Below, piece after piece: positions 9,786 through 20,878 of a stretch of 64,000 nucleotides of DNA (positions are counted from its first letter, which is position 1; each line of letters opens with the position of its first letter). The stretch comes from Planctomycetota bacterium. Lineage in GTDB: Bacteria > Planctomycetota > UBA8108 > SXIK01. The translations under genes were made by a program, and so were the position numbers. The notes beneath the pieces are model-generated. The model had not been told where the DNA came from and ran no database searches. It saw only the letters and a program-made list of their open reading frames with translations. The stretch spans positions 4,128,001 through 4,192,000 of the forward strand of contig OZ244999.1 of assembly GCA_965223265.1 (NCBI GenBank), in the 5' to 3' direction.

Positions 9786-10852
9786 ATGTCAAAGAACCGC
9801 TCGAACCGCCCTGAACTCCGTGCCAGCCACAATCTGGCGGTCGCGTCGCTCTGCCTACTGGCATGCGTTCACGCTAAACCAGAGACGCGCGTCGTCATCG
9901 CTGCACCACCTGCCGTCCCCGCCGCATTGACACGGTGGATGGAACCGCAGCGATGGGTGCGAGACCGAAGCGCACCGGTTCTTGCTCTGGGCGCCAGCGG
10001 GTCGTTCGACGACATGCACATCTTCGCCCCTTGCGTCAATTTCGAGCAGGGTCGCTATCAGATGTACTACTGCGGATCGCGACACGAGGTCGCCAAGCGT
10101 CTGTTTCGCCTTGGGCGTGCAGAGAGTCATGATGGACGCTACTTCGTCAGGACCGGCGACAGTTCGGTCTTTGAGTTCGGAGATGGCGAACATTCCGTGC
10201 TAACCCCGGCACTTCTTCGTCGCCCGGATGGTTCAGTCTTGCGCGAAGACGGCAAACTGCGTCTTTGGTTTAGCGCCACCCGCTTTGCGGCTGCGAGCAA
10301 CCTTCACACACTCCATGAAACGTCGAGCGAGGACGGTATTCATTGGCGAGAGCCGTCACCACCGTTGGCTGAGAACGTCTACGCCCCATCCGTTCTGAAA
10401 GATGGCGGTGCGTATAAGATGTGGTATGTCGACGTTGCCGCCGAACCGTGGATCCTGCGCTACGCGGAAAGCCGCGACGGACGACGCTGGGACGTCGAAT
10501 CGAAACCAGTCCTCACGCTGTCGCAGAGTTGGGAGAAAAACCGGCTCTTTTACCCGACCGTTCGACGTGTCGACGGCGCCTACTTGATGTGGTACGGCAG
10601 CTACAACCCGCCAAGACGGCTCTTGGCTTTGCCGCCAGCTCGGACGGGAAGACGTGGTACAAGAACCCTCACAATCCAGTGCTTCGTCCCGATCCGATGC
10701 GAGCTTGGGAGTCGCACTACACAACCAGTCAGTCACTGATACGCTTCAGCGACGGAACCTGGCGCGCCTGGTTCGCGACGCGAAAAGCGCCGCCGTTCAA
10801 GAACAAGTACTTCGCCATTTCGACAGCCTGCTGGTCAGGACCGAAAAGGTAG
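9786..10852 (+). pseudogene. Five-bladed beta-propeller glycoside-hydrolase-like protein, frameshifted near 10605-10612
   Basis: Repeated P.V....G.Y.MWY / S.DG..W blades; reading breaks after WYGSY and continues as KTALGFAASSDGKTW in the -1 frame to the stop at 10852. Confidence 0.7.
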
Positions 10853-10939
10853 CACGGGCGGACGATGGAACCCCAGGAGACGCTCTGAGAGGCGTCGACC
10901 TTTGCACGCCCGAGACGACACAGATGAGAGGAGCTTCGC

Positions 10940-11509
10940 ATGAAGTTCGACGACGCGCGCCGACTGATGGAGGAATGGACGGAGAGCCCCGCTCTGCGAG
11001 TTCATATGGAGTGTGTCGCGCTCTGCATGCGAGCCTACGCCAAGCACTTCGCTCCTGACGAAGAGGAGCGCTGGTCGGTCACCGGCATTCTCCACGACTT
11101 CGACTACGAAAAGCACCCATCCGTGGAGGAGCACCCTCTCGTCGGAGTAACACACCTGCGCGGGCTCGGCGTCGACGAAGGCATCTGCACGGCGATTCTC
11201 GGCCACGCCGAGTACACCGGGACGCCGCGGGAAACGCCAATGGCTAAGACGCTCTTCGCTGTGGATGAACTCGCCGGATTCATCGTTGCGTGCGCGAAGG
11301 TGCGACCGCAAGGTATCGCAGACCTTCAGAGCAAGTCCGTCAAGAAGAAGCTCAAGGACAAATCCTTCGCTGCCGCAGTCAATCGCAACGATATTCGCGT
11401 CGGCACTGAAGAGCTTGGAGTCGACCCAGCGGCTCACATCCAAACGTGTATCGACGCGATACGCGTCGATGGAGAAAAGCTTGGGCTGCTGCCACCCACC
11501 TCAGCGTGA
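10940..11509 (+). CDS. HD-domain metal-dependent phosphohydrolase
   Basis: H...GILHDFDYEKHP...HP...AILGH...LFAVDELAGFI motifs; GAGGAG RBS. Confidence 0.9.
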   Translation: MKFDDARRLMEEWTESPALRVHMECVALCMRAYAKHFAPDEEERWSVTGILHDFDYEKHPSVEEHPLVGVTHLRGLGVDEGICTAILGHAEYTGTPRETPMAKTLFAVDELAGFIVACAKVRPQGIADLQSKSVKKKLKDKSFAAAVNRNDIRVGTEELGVDPAAHIQTCIDAIRVDGEKLGLLPPTSA

Positions 11510-11560
11510 GTCGCAGACCGCCGAGGCGCTCACACACTGGCAACGAGTACGCCACAGTCC

Positions 11561-14500
11561 TCAATCGCACGGCGCGTATGACGCGCAATCGAGCGCATCC
11601 GCGGTGAGATCGCGACCGCAAAACGGAAACGGGGGCGCGATTCCAGCTTCGCCGCCGAAGAGATGCAGCAGGACCCTGATCGGATCGGAGACGGTCAAAC
11701 GCCCGTCATCGTCAACGTCTGTGGACTTGAGACAACTCGGGATGAGGCCATCGCGAAAAAGGAACTCGAGCGCGTAAATCGCATCGGCGAGTTGTATGTC
11801 GCCATCAGCGTTGGCGTCGCTGCGGCGAAATCGGACATCTATCGCAGTGTCCGTGAGCCGCTGAAACGCGTTCACTTCAACCGCCGCGATGACCTGAAAG
11901 TCGCTGTCGAGATAGGCCGCGGCCGGGTTCGGCATGATCGGCGGCTCGGGTGCGGCGAGTTCAATTGCCCGCACCGGTCGTTCAACGAGCGCCAAATCGA
12001 TCGGCGGATCAAAGACGATGAGATACTTCACGAAAGTATTGTGACGAAATGACGCATAGACGAGATTCCAGTAGTCCGCCACACGCAGATACGCTGATTC
12101 CGCAGCGACTTCGGCGGCGACCAAGCTTGCCGGTCCGGTGCGACTTGGGTCTGGGCTAGGGATCGAGCGCTCTCGCAACCTCAGGCTCGTGCCATCCGCG
12201 AGTTCGGCCTCGATCGCCCAGAGGTCGAGAAGTTCGTAGGTGCACGACGAATACGCCACGCGCAGTGCGGCATCGCCGTCCGAGAATCCGGTCATGAAAA
12301 GCTCGTCGGTGATGAACTCTTCGTCAAGGATGACCTCACCGCGCTGCGGAACGCCGCCGGCAGCGCTAAACTCGACGTCGTCCAGGGTCACGACGAATGT
12401 TTCCCCGGCCGTACCTGGCAAGCTGAAGCGCTGCTCGTAGGTAAAACGATAAAGTGTCTCGCCGCCCGCACCGGGCCGTTTCGTCGCGCGCATTCGCCCG
12501 CGGCCGAGCGGCGTCGCTGTCACCTGCGCAGGCCCAATCAGCACTTCGTCGATCAGGTCTAAACTGATCGATCCGGTCCGCCCGGCAAGCTCGAAGGTAC
12601 CTGCACGCAGTCGTACGCGGCTCTTCGACGCCAGTCCGACCAAAGGGTCTTCTTCCGGAGCATTGACGTCGAGGACACCGCAGACGCTCGTCTCAGCGGG
12701 AATCTCCAGGACAAACATCGGCGTCGGTTGCCGCTCGGAGGTCAAGAGGAATGGCCGCACCTGCTTGACCGCCAGATCGCCGCTTGCTTCGATCTTGAAC
12801 TCAAGGTCGAGCAAGACGTCGTCACGATCATGTTCGCCAAGAACGACGGGGAAATTCTGGTCCATGTGCCACATGACGGCGCCGAGCTCGCGGAGCGCCG
12901 CGTCGGTCATGACCAACGCATCGCTCTCCACGAGCGTCGAACGCGTGGCGCGGATGATCTCCACGACCTCGCCGTCGACCACGTCGAGGAGCGTTTTCTC
13001 CGGCAACACGCCGGGTTCGGGACTGACGACACTCTCCTCGCCAACTTGTGCTGTGACGACAAAGCGCCGGTCGTCAGGGTTCGCCGGGTCGCCAGTGAAC
13101 GCGACGCCGTTGACCCGCTCGTCGAGGAAGGCGCGATTGACCAGAATGCCCATCGCGGCACTCGCCTGGGGAATCTGAAAAAAGGCGCGCTCTTCGTGGG
13201 CACGAAAAGTCCACAGGCTTGTCCACACCTTCTTGAGCGCACGCTCAAGCGTACGCTCGTTCGATTTGCTCGCGTCACAAAGCGATGGTCCCTCGTCATC
13301 ACCGTCGAGCTGATCGGCTAGGCACGCTCCCGTGGACTCGTAGAGGCCAGCGCCGTTGAACTCGAGTAGGTCCTCGACGTTCGACGACGAGCGAAAACGG
13401 ATCGATGTAGTCGCAGAAAAAACTTCTTCGATACGGCTCCGCAGCAAAGCCAGAAGCTCGGGTGAAACCACGCCGGTGTCGCGCGCGACGTCGCGAAACG
13501 CCTGCAGCGCTTCAAAGCGCCGTCGTGAATCCGTTTGAAAATCCTCGAGCGTTGCGAGCTCGGTAAGAAACTCCTCGTACGAGACCTGACGGCCCGGATC
13601 GACCGGCGATGCCGTCCGGTTCCCCCGCATGAACTCCGTGTAGTAGCGTACGGGGATCGCGAAGCCTTTCTCGCGGTAGTCGGCAAACACTCCATCGAGA
13701 ATCGTCTGCAGACGCGCGAGATTGCTCGCCTTGCCGCCAAAGCGGGACTCCGGCAAGCCGCCCAGATCGAAGTCGGTGAGACGGTCCAGCGCTGCGTAGT
13801 TCGCGTCGAACGGCGGCAGGGCTGGCAACTGCGGTCGGTTCTCCTGCCAAAACGCCTCGGCGTCGGACAAATCCGCCGGGCTGACCTCGAACGAACTCTC
13901 GGTCACCTCGAGGCGGATCAACTGATCGTCGAAAGGCGAGAAGCGTGCGCGCGCGTCCGCGACGAACGCGTTTGGCGTTCGTCGGCGCGCGGTGCGTACG
14001 GCAACGTGGCTCAAGGTTCCTTGTCGAGAACCGGTGATGACGCCGCCGACCACTCCCTCGATGTCACGAGGTGCTTCGTCGATGACGAGGACATCCTGAA
14101 ACGTGAAAGCACCCGCTGCGTTCGCCGCCTCGAACTCCTCGAGCGTCAGCACCCTCACGCGCCCGAAACCGACTCCCGTCGTGTAAGCCTCAAAGTCGAC
14201 AGCAGGGCCGGTATCGATGTCCAGAAGCACCTCAAATCCTGGATTCAACCAGCTTTCGGCGGTCTCTCGCGCAATCGGCGTATCCGGTAGATACGCAAGC
14301 GGCTGCAAGCTGATCGACTCGCGCAGGCGGTCGTACACATCCTTGACCTCAGCGACACCCAGCGCTTCGGACGCGCCGCTCCCGGTGTCAGCAACGACAG
14401 TAAAGGCATACACAAATGCGCCATCCGAGCGCAGTCGCTTGAGCGAACCGACATAGTAGTCGCGCGTCGCTCGGAGGCCAACCAATCGGTTGTACTCGGC

Positions 14501-16981
14501 TGGCCCCAGCGCCGGGAAGCGTTCAGGAAACACGCTAGCGAGGAAATCCTGATGCAGCTGGAAACGATGCGTGTTTTGGAAGGCCGTCGTCAGCAGCGCA
14601 GCATCGTCTCGCGCCGGAAGCACGAACTTCGTTTCGCGCTCGCCCACAGCGCGTCGACGAGACGGGACGGCGACGCTGCGAAAATCGTTTTGCGTGCAGA
14701 GGCGAGGCAGGAAGTCGACAGTCGCAGGAAACTCCGTCGCGTTGTGCGACACGATGAGTTGGTTGTCCTGTCGATTCATGACGAGAAGATCGATCTTGCC
14801 GTCCTGATCGATGTCTTCGGAGACAGCGTACCGCGGCCCACTGCTGACCGCGCTGATCTGAACGGCTTCGACGAACGCATGAAGCGGTTCGGCAAACGTG
14901 CCATCGCCCCGGTTGACGAAAAGCGCCAGGCCGAGCGAGATTTCGTTCGACGTGACGAGGTCAAGGTGCCCATCTCCGTTGTAGTCTCCGGAGGTCATGG
15001 AGTACGGCAACTGCCGCACCGGATAGGTCCGCACAGTCTCGAATCGCAGCCCGCCGCGATTCTCCACCACCGCCATTTCTTGTTCGTTTTGGTTCGATGC
15101 CGCCAGGTCGTCGTCACCGTCGCCGTCCCAATCGCCCGCGACGACGAAGCTCGTACGCCCGAACGTCTCAATCGAACCAACGTGCTCGAAGGACGCGGAA
15201 CCGTCGTTCGCCAGGATCTCCAGTTTGCCGGCTCCATTCGCGGCGACGAGGTCAAGGTCATGGTCGGCATCAAAGTCGCGTGCAACGACGCCCAGGAAGC
15301 GCCCCGGGATTCTGATGATGTCGACGCGCGGAAACGTGCCATCGCCGGCGTTGTGCAAAATCGTCACCGACGCGCCGCTGTCGGCGGTGATCACTTCGGG
15401 CCGTTCGTCACCGTTTAAATCGGCAGCGATGGCGTAAAACGGATCCACCCCACCAATGTAGTAGGCGCTCGATTCAAAGGTGCCGTCCGCATAGTTCAGC
15501 ATGATCTCGGTGCGCCTGTCGTTCAAAAACGGCGACGCCACGTCGATGCTCCCGTTGCCGTCGAAATCGGCGGTCACGATAGAATTCGGATAGCCGTCGG
15601 CCGGTCGCGTCGCAGCCACCGAAAAAGCGCCTCTCCCGTCGTTGAGCAAGTAACAGGTAATGAACGCCCCGCCATGCCCGAACACGACGTCGAGGTCGCC
15701 GTCCTGATCGAGGTCGGCCAGCGATGGCGGCGAGTGCGGACGACTACCGCCTTCGTAAATGCGACTCACAAAACTTAACGCGCGGCCGTTCATCAGCATG
15801 CCGATCGAATCCGGGACTCGCTTCGCGACGCCAACGTCGATCGCCCCGTCGCCGTTCAGGTCGCCCGTTGCCACCCAGACCGCTTCTCCCTCCACGGCCA
15901 CGTCGCGGCGCGCTTGAAAGCTGCCGTCGCCGCGGTTGACGAGCACGGCGACGGAGCGCGGTTCAGTTCCCACGATGACGTCCGTCGAACGATCGGAGTT
16001 GATATCGCCGACGCCGATGCAGCGGCCTTGAATCGCGAACGTTGCGTGCTCCTCCAAACGCCGTTCGGAACGGCTCGCGGTGAGCACGACCACGCCTTCC
16101 GCTGCCATCAAGGCGATGTCGTCGACCGAGTCGCCCGACACGTCCGCAACGGCAAACGTACGTGGATTCCCAACCGCCACAGACGCCGCGGTCTCTTCAA
16201 ACCCGGCGTCTTCGCTTCCCCAAAGGACCGTGACGCCTGACGGCAGCAGGGCGGCGACGTCCTGCAGGCCATCCGCATCAAAGTCGCCACACGCGAGCGC
16301 CGCGATGTCCCCCACCATGTCGCGGGCCGCTAGCGGCGGTTCGAAAGTGCGTCCTTCGACGCCGCGAGCGACAAACAGCGCCTCGGATCCAAACCGCGCC
16401 AAGAGAAGGTCCTTGATGCCGTCGCGATCAACATCCGTGACCGCCACGGTCCGGGCGCCCTCAAAAGCGAACGAATCTGGCGTCCGTGGAAAGCTGCGTT
16501 CGCCGTCGTTCCACAAAATGAACACCGCGTTCGGTTCCACATTGACGACGTCGAGAAACCCGTTGCCGTCGAGGTCGGCGACAACGAGGTCGATCGTGTC
16601 GGCACCGAGGCGACGGTAGGTCGGAGTTCCGACCACACCGTCCTCGTCTTGAAAAAAAATCCCGATCGTCGAACCCGCAGGACCGAGCGCGGCACTCATG
16701 AGATCGCTACGGCCGTCGCCGTCGAAGTCATGAACTGCGACGCGACGCGGGATGCCGCGCTGCTTCAGTCCGGGCACCGTCAAACCGAGCTCGAGCATGC
16801 CGAGCTCGCACTCGTCGGGTACGCCGTCACCGTTACAGTCCTCGCTCGCGCTCGTGGCAAGGTCCATAGCGTCGTCGACACGGTTGCCGTTACAGTCAAC
16901 GGCAGTCACAAACTCGACAGAGGCGAAAACGAACGTCGCCACAAGGACGTGGAGCGCCGCACAACGCGCTGATTCTTGCAT
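11561..16981 (-). CDS. Large exported protein: FG-GAP/VCBS repeats, PEP/pyruvate-binding (PPDK N-terminal ATP-grasp-like) domain and dockerin-like domain
   Basis: Signal peptide; many D.DGDG..D repeats; FGGKASNL, GFAIP, RFRSSSNVED..FNGAGLYES, KKVWTSLW and DLEFK motifs; FRRSDANADG tail. Confidence 0.85.
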   Translation of the reverse strand: MQESARCAALHVLVATFVFASVEFVTAVDCNGNRVDDAMDLATSASEDCNGDGVPDECELGMLELGLTVPGLKQRGIPRRVAVHDFDGDGRSDLMSAALGPAGSTIGIFFQDEDGVVGTPTYRRLGADTIDLVVADLDGNGFLDVVNVEPNAVFILWNDGERSFPRTPDSFAFEGARTVAVTDVDRDGIKDLLLARFGSEALFVARGVEGRTFEPPLAARDMVGDIAALACGDFDADGLQDVAALLPSGVTVLWGSEDAGFEETAASVAVGNPRTFAVADVSGDSVDDIALMAAEGVVVLTASRSERRLEEHATFAIQGRCIGVGDINSDRSTDVIVGTEPRSVAVLVNRGDGSFQARRDVAVEGEAVWVATGDLNGDGAIDVGVAKRVPDSIGMLMNGRALSFVSRIYEGGSRPHSPPSLADLDQDGDLDVVFGHGGAFITCYLLNDGRGAFSVAATRPADGYPNSIVTADFDGNGSIDVASPFLNDRRTEIMLNYADGTFESSAYYIGGVDPFYAIAADLNGDERPEVITADSGASVTILHNAGDGTFPRVDIIRIPGRFLGVVARDFDADHDLDLVAANGAGKLEILANDGSASFEHVGSIETFGRTSFVVAGDWDGDGDDDLAASNQNEQEMAVVENRGGLRFETVRTYPVRQLPYSMTSGDYNGDGHLDLVTSNEISLGLALFVNRGDGTFAEPLHAFVEAVQISAVSSGPRYAVSEDIDQDGKIDLLVMNRQDNQLIVSHNATEFPATVDFLPRLCTQNDFRSVAVPSRRRAVGERETKFVLPARDDAALLTTAFQNTHRFQLHQDFLASVFPERFPALGPAEYNRLVGLRATRDYYVGSLKRLRSDGAFVYAFTVVADTGSGASEALGVAEVKDVYDRLRESISLQPLAYLPDTPIARETAESWLNPGFEVLLDIDTGPAVDFEAYTTGVGFGRVRVLTLEEFEAANAAGAFTFQDVLVIDEAPRDIEGVVGGVITGSRQGTLSHVAVRTARRRTPNAFVADARARFSPFDDQLIRLEVTESSFEVSPADLSDAEAFWQENRPQLPALPPFDANYAALDRLTDFDLGGLPESRFGGKASNLARLQTILDGVFADYREKGFAIPVRYYTEFMRGNRTASPVDPGRQVSYEEFLTELATLEDFQTDSRRRFEALQAFRDVARDTGVVSPELLALLRSRIEEVFSATTSIRFRSSSNVEDLLEFNGAGLYESTGACLADQLDGDDEGPSLCDASKSNERTLERALKKVWTSLWTFRAHEERAFFQIPQASAAMGILVNRAFLDERVNGVAFTGDPANPDDRRFVVTAQVGEESVVSPEPGVLPEKTLLDVVDGEVVEIIRATRSTLVESDALVMTDAALRELGAVMWHMDQNFPVVLGEHDRDDVLLDLEFKIEASGDLAVKQVRPFLLTSERQPTPMFVLEIPAETSVCGVLDVNAPEEDPLVGLASKSRVRLRAGTFELAGRTGSISLDLIDEVLIGPAQVTATPLGRGRMRATKRPGAGGETLYRFTYEQRFSLPGTAGETFVVTLDDVEFSAAGGVPQRGEVILDEEFITDELFMTGFSDGDAALRVAYSSCTYELLDLWAIEAELADGTSLRLRERSIPSPDPSRTGPASLVAAEVAAESAYLRVADYWNLVYASFRHNTFVKYLIVFDPPIDLALVERPVRAIELAAPEPPIMPNPAAAYLDSDFQVIAAVEVNAFQRLTDTAIDVRFRRSDANADGDIQLADAIYALEFLFRDGLIPSCLKSTDVDDDGRLTVSDPIRVLLHLFGGEAGIAPPFPFCGRDLTADALDCASYAPCD

Positions 16982-17245
16982 ACTCACTCCGCGAACAACC
17001 TCGGCTAGTCTCACCGCACACAATTGTAACGGACGCCTCGGCGATTCAGCTCACTGTTCGTCGAGAAACATCGACGTACGCAGCCGAACGTTCCGTCTCC
17101 ACCTGAAGGAGACTGGGAGACACCGTACACCTCAGTCGCGATCAAAGATTATTCGATCGTCCGAAGTCCTCGCTTCCCGTAGCATGAAGGCGAAGCGCTC
17201 GCGAGCCATCAGCGCTCGGAACACTCGAGTCTATCAGGTAGCTCC

Positions 17246-18007
17246 ATGACATTTAGCAAACGCCTCGCGCAGGAGTACGCCGAGGACGGCTTCGTCACAG
17301 CCGTCGAGGTCTTCCCTGAGGATGAGATTCGCGAGTATCGCCGCGCCTTCGACGCGCTCGAGGCGCGGGAAGGCAAGGAGCGCTGCCAAATTGGCATCAT
17401 GGGACGCCACTTTGAGGAGGAGTTTATTTGGCGCATGGCCACGCAGCGGCGGCTCCTCGACCTCATGGAGGCGCTTGTCGGCGAGGATCTGGTCCTGCTG
17501 TCGACCCACTTCTTCTGTAAGTACCCTGACAAGGAGGCGACGAAGTTCGTCGCTTGGCACCAAGACGTCACCTACTGGGGCCTCGAACCGCCGACGGCGC
17601 ACACCGCGTGGATCGCCATCGACGACGCTGACGAGGAAAACGGCTGCATGTTGGTTCTCCCGGGTTCGCACAAGCGAGGAATCGTCCAGCATGGCACGTC
17701 GGCGCGCAGTGGCAACCTCCTCAGCATCAACCAGGAAATTCCGGCCGCTGAGATCGACGAGCGGCAAGCGGTCTGCCTCCCACTCAAGGCCGGGCAAGCG
17801 TCGGTCCACGACGGGCAGCTCTTTCACGCCAGTCGACCGAACCGCTCCACACGCCGGCGCTGCGGCATGACGGTTCGATTCATTCCACCGAACGCGCGCC
17901 AAGTGAGCCCTAACTCCGTTGGTGAGCCGTGGCGTCCGATTCTCGTTCGCGGCAGGGACCGTTACGGCTATCACGGCACGGTGGAGCCTCCGTTCCTACT
18001 GTCATAG
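17246..18007 (+). CDS. Phytanoyl-CoA dioxygenase (PhyH) family Fe(II)/2-oxoglutarate oxygenase
   Basis: WHQD, WIAIDDADEENGCMLVLPGSH, H..FHAS.PN.S..RR motifs. Confidence 0.9.
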   Translation: MTFSKRLAQEYAEDGFVTAVEVFPEDEIREYRRAFDALEAREGKERCQIGIMGRHFEEEFIWRMATQRRLLDLMEALVGEDLVLLSTHFFCKYPDKEATKFVAWHQDVTYWGLEPPTAHTAWIAIDDADEENGCMLVLPGSHKRGIVQHGTSARSGNLLSINQEIPAAEIDERQAVCLPLKAGQASVHDGQLFHASRPNRSTRRRCGMTVRFIPPNARQVSPNSVGEPWRPILVRGRDRYGYHGTVEPPFLLS

Positions 18008-18035
18008 CACGGTCACTGCGCCACGTCCCAGCCCC

Positions 18036-18071
18036 AAAAAAACGCAGGGTGTACCGTCAAGCACACCCTGC
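18036..18071 (-). terminator. Intrinsic terminator of the 18102-18965 gene
   Basis: GCAGGGTGT...ACACCCTGC stem next to an A7 tract (T-tail on the minus strand). Confidence 0.65.
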
Positions 18072-18101
18072 TGCCTCACGTCAAACCTCGTTCATTTAGC
18101 G

Positions 18102-18965
18102 TCAGTTACAACCTTGGTGCGCATCTTCCGAGATTTCGTTGGGGCCGATCGACGCGCTCCAGGGTCCAGCGTCAGCGCACTGGTCGTTGTCGGGATTGCC
18201 ATCGATGAAGATGTCTGGGTCCAGTGACAGCACGGCGCGGAAAGAGACTGACGGCGGCGCTTCGTACAGCGGCCACGATCTGTCGTAAGAAACCTGTAGA
18301 CTCGCGCCCACGTCTAACTCCGTGAAGTCGAGACGTGCGACCTCCCGCGGACTTGAACCCGACACCTCTTCGTAAAGTATGAAACTCTGCTGCCCAGGGC
18401 GCGAACGAAACGGTGCGGCACCAATGTTGAGTAAGTCCGCGGTGACGCGGATCGCGGCGAAGTCGGCGAAGCATTGAGTGCTGCGGACGATGATTCCACT
18501 GACTTCGAGCGCCGGACATCCCGCGGGACCGCATTCACTCTCGAGCGCACAGGTGAGTCCATCCGGGGTGGGGTCGAATCCGCAATCACCCACTGGGGGT
18601 GGTAAGACCGGTGAACCGAGAAACAGAAAGCCGAGCAAAGCGAGCGGGTCGGAGATGTCGAGGATACCGTCGTCATTGGCGTCGGCCGCATCGAAACAGC
18701 CGCGGGCGGGGGAACCCGCTACGAAGAGAAAATTGAGCGTGAAGAGCGCGTCCGACACATCGGCGTCGCCGTCACGGTTAGCGTCGCCGCGCTCAAAGGA
18801 ATGATTCAGCAGTCCACCATCGGGGAGAGGCCCGATGTCTGGAATTTCGATTGGCGGCTCGAAAATGCCAGGATCGAAGATCTGCGCACTCAGTGACGGG
18901 AACACGAAAGCAGCGAAGAGAAGAACGGCGGCGAGGAAACGCGGGTGCGAGGGGGAGTGACGCAT
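18102..18965 (-). CDS. Exported protein with an N-proximal dockerin-like domain and an Ig-like (CARDB-like) C-terminal domain
   Basis: Signal peptide; FERGDANRDGDADVSDA...DANDDGILDISDP...CG.DPTPD.L.C; then LLNIG...DPD...DGNPDND. Confidence 0.75.
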   Translation of the reverse strand: MRHSPSHPRFLAAVLLFAAFVFPSLSAQIFDPGIFEPPIEIPDIGPLPDGGLLNHSFERGDANRDGDADVSDALFTLNFLFVAGSPARGCFDAADANDDGILDISDPLALLGFLFLGSPVLPPPVGDCGFDPTPDGLTCALESECGPAGCPALEVSGIIVRSTQCFADFAAIRVTADLLNIGAAPFRSRPGQQSFILYEEVSGSSPREVARLDFTELDVGASLQVSYDRSWPLYEAPPSVSFRAVLSLDPDIFIDGNPDNDQCADAGPWSASIGPNEISEDAHQGCN

Positions 18966-19268
18966 GAGCTGTGTCCTTTCCGTCTGGTTGGGTTTTCCTG
19001 ACACGTCGCCGCTGCGACGTTCACTCCTCCAGGGACACGGGGCGGCGCATCTGTAACGCGGTTTCTTTGTTTTTCCGTCGCGGCCGCGGCAAACGCTACA
19101 GTCGGAACGCTGCATTCGATGGCACAACGACTTACGCCGTCCACCTGGGGGCGAGCAGGCACGCCCGTGCCAGCTCACCGCAGCCTCGAAGGCCGCCGCC
19201 CCTGCCGCGAGGCTGCGTCAAGCCGCCCTGGAGTGGGTGAGGCGGAGGTCCTTGTCTGTCAGCCTCGA

Positions 19269-20540
19269 TCACTCTCCCGCAGGCCGCTTCACGCCAAGCT
19301 CAGCGAGAAGCTGGATCGCGGCTTCGTAGTCGCCGTCGAGCTTGAGTGCCTCTTGGGCATGCACGATCGCCTTCTGCTTGCGGTCGCCGAGAAGCGAGTA
19401 GGCCCAGGCTAGAAAGTAGTGATTGCGGGCGTCGGTCGAGTCGATCTCGACCGCTTGTTCGAGGAGCGAAGTCGCCTTCTCGTAGCGTTGACGCGCCTCG
19501 TCGCCGTCGCCACCAGCAAGGATCAGGGTGCGCGCGTACGTGCGAAGAACGCGATCGCGGCGTGACGACTGACGCGGCGTTTTCTCGAGCACTTTTTCGA
19601 ACAGCACCTCGGCCTCGTCGCCGTAGCCGCGCTGTGAGAGGTGCTCAGCGTGCCCAGTCATGGCGATGGTGCCGCAGGGATCTGCGGCGACGACGCGGTC
19701 GAACGCCCTCCGAGCCGCCGCGGGCTTCTCCGTCCTGCTGATGACCAGCGCCATGTAGAGGTTGGCGTCCGGAGCCGCCGGGTCGATCTCTAGTGCTCGC
19801 TCAAGATATTGACTGGCGCGCTCAAAACGTTCACTTTTGACTTCGACGTCGACGCCGCCGTATGTCAATCGTCCGAGCGCCTCCAAGCTACGGGCGTGAT
19901 GTGGATAGAGACGTACGGCGCGACGATAGGCGGCGTGTGCGGCGTGCGCATCACCACCGCGCTCGAACTCCTGTCCTGCGTTGAACTCCTCTTCAGCGTC
20001 GACCCAACCGCCGCGAAGCTCTCTGGTCTCTTCCTTCGACGCGGGCCGATGGGCCACGTCGGCATGGCCGCAGGGAGAACTCCACAACTGCTCACGTCGC
20101 TCGCGCGCGAAGGCGGACGCGTGAGCCGCTGACGCATAGTGGTGACGCGACGAAGCCGCGTCAGGCCTCAGGACCTGAAGGTGGCCCAGTTCCTGCAGGA
20201 ATACGCCGTAGAGCATAAAACGACGCACCGCACTCGCTGGCCAATTACGGCCGGCGAGTGCGCCAAAGGACTCTGCCTCCTGATCGGACGCAAGATACGG
20301 TGTCAGGTCAAGACGGTGCGGCAAAGCGCAGAGATGAACTTCCGTCCGCTCCGGCCCGGTCGCCAGACCGAGACGCCGGTCGTCGCCGATTTGCCGCCGG
20401 AGAACCACCCGTTTGAGACGTTCCCAATCCGACGCGTGAAGGCGCGAGAGGACGACACGGAGGTCGGCCTCCTCGACGAAATGCCGGAGGTGACCGTCGG
20501 TCGGCTCGCGAACAAAATCGATGCGGTCGATGTTCTGCAT
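19269..20540 (-). CDS. Tetratricopeptide-repeat protein
   Basis: Repeated A..Y..A..LDP/IDS helical units; the N-terminal part has a degenerate QELGH motif; start uncertain (ORF extends to 20777). Confidence 0.7.
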   Translation of the reverse strand: MQNIDRIDFVREPTDGHLRHFVEEADLRVVLSRLHASDWERLKRVVLRRQIGDDRRLGLATGPERTEVHLCALPHRLDLTPYLASDQEAESFGALAGRNWPASAVRRFMLYGVFLQELGHLQVLRPDAASSRHHYASAAHASAFARERREQLWSSPCGHADVAHRPASKEETRELRGGWVDAEEEFNAGQEFERGGDAHAAHAAYRRAVRLYPHHARSLEALGRLTYGGVDVEVKSERFERASQYLERALEIDPAAPDANLYMALVISRTEKPAAARRAFDRVVAADPCGTIAMTGHAEHLSQRGYGDEAEVLFEKVLEKTPRQSSRRDRVLRTYARTLILAGGDGDEARQRYEKATSLLEQAVEIDSTDARNHYFLAWAYSLLGDRKQKAIVHAQEALKLDGDYEAAIQLLAELGVKRPAGE

Positions 20541-20878
20541 CGAGCGTAATCCATGCCACCGTGGAGAACGTGATGAAAACGAGCGTAACGCATCTGAGAG
20601 GGCACCGCAAACACGCCCCCAAGAGAGAAATAGAGTAAGATCGTGTCGCCTTCTCAGCCCTTGGGATGGCAAGAGCGGCAGAACCGGCCGCGGTGCGGCG
20701 TTCGATCGGTGCGGGTGACCGTGCACATGAATTGAGTTGTTTTCTCTCGCGGCGGCTAAGTAGGATGACTCTCCCAATTGAATCGACGGTTCTGCAGAGA
20801 TAGCAGCGGCCGAATCGGCTTCGCGTCGTCGACGCGACAGACGACTTGCGCAGCCTCACGACACACAGGAGGTGGGTG

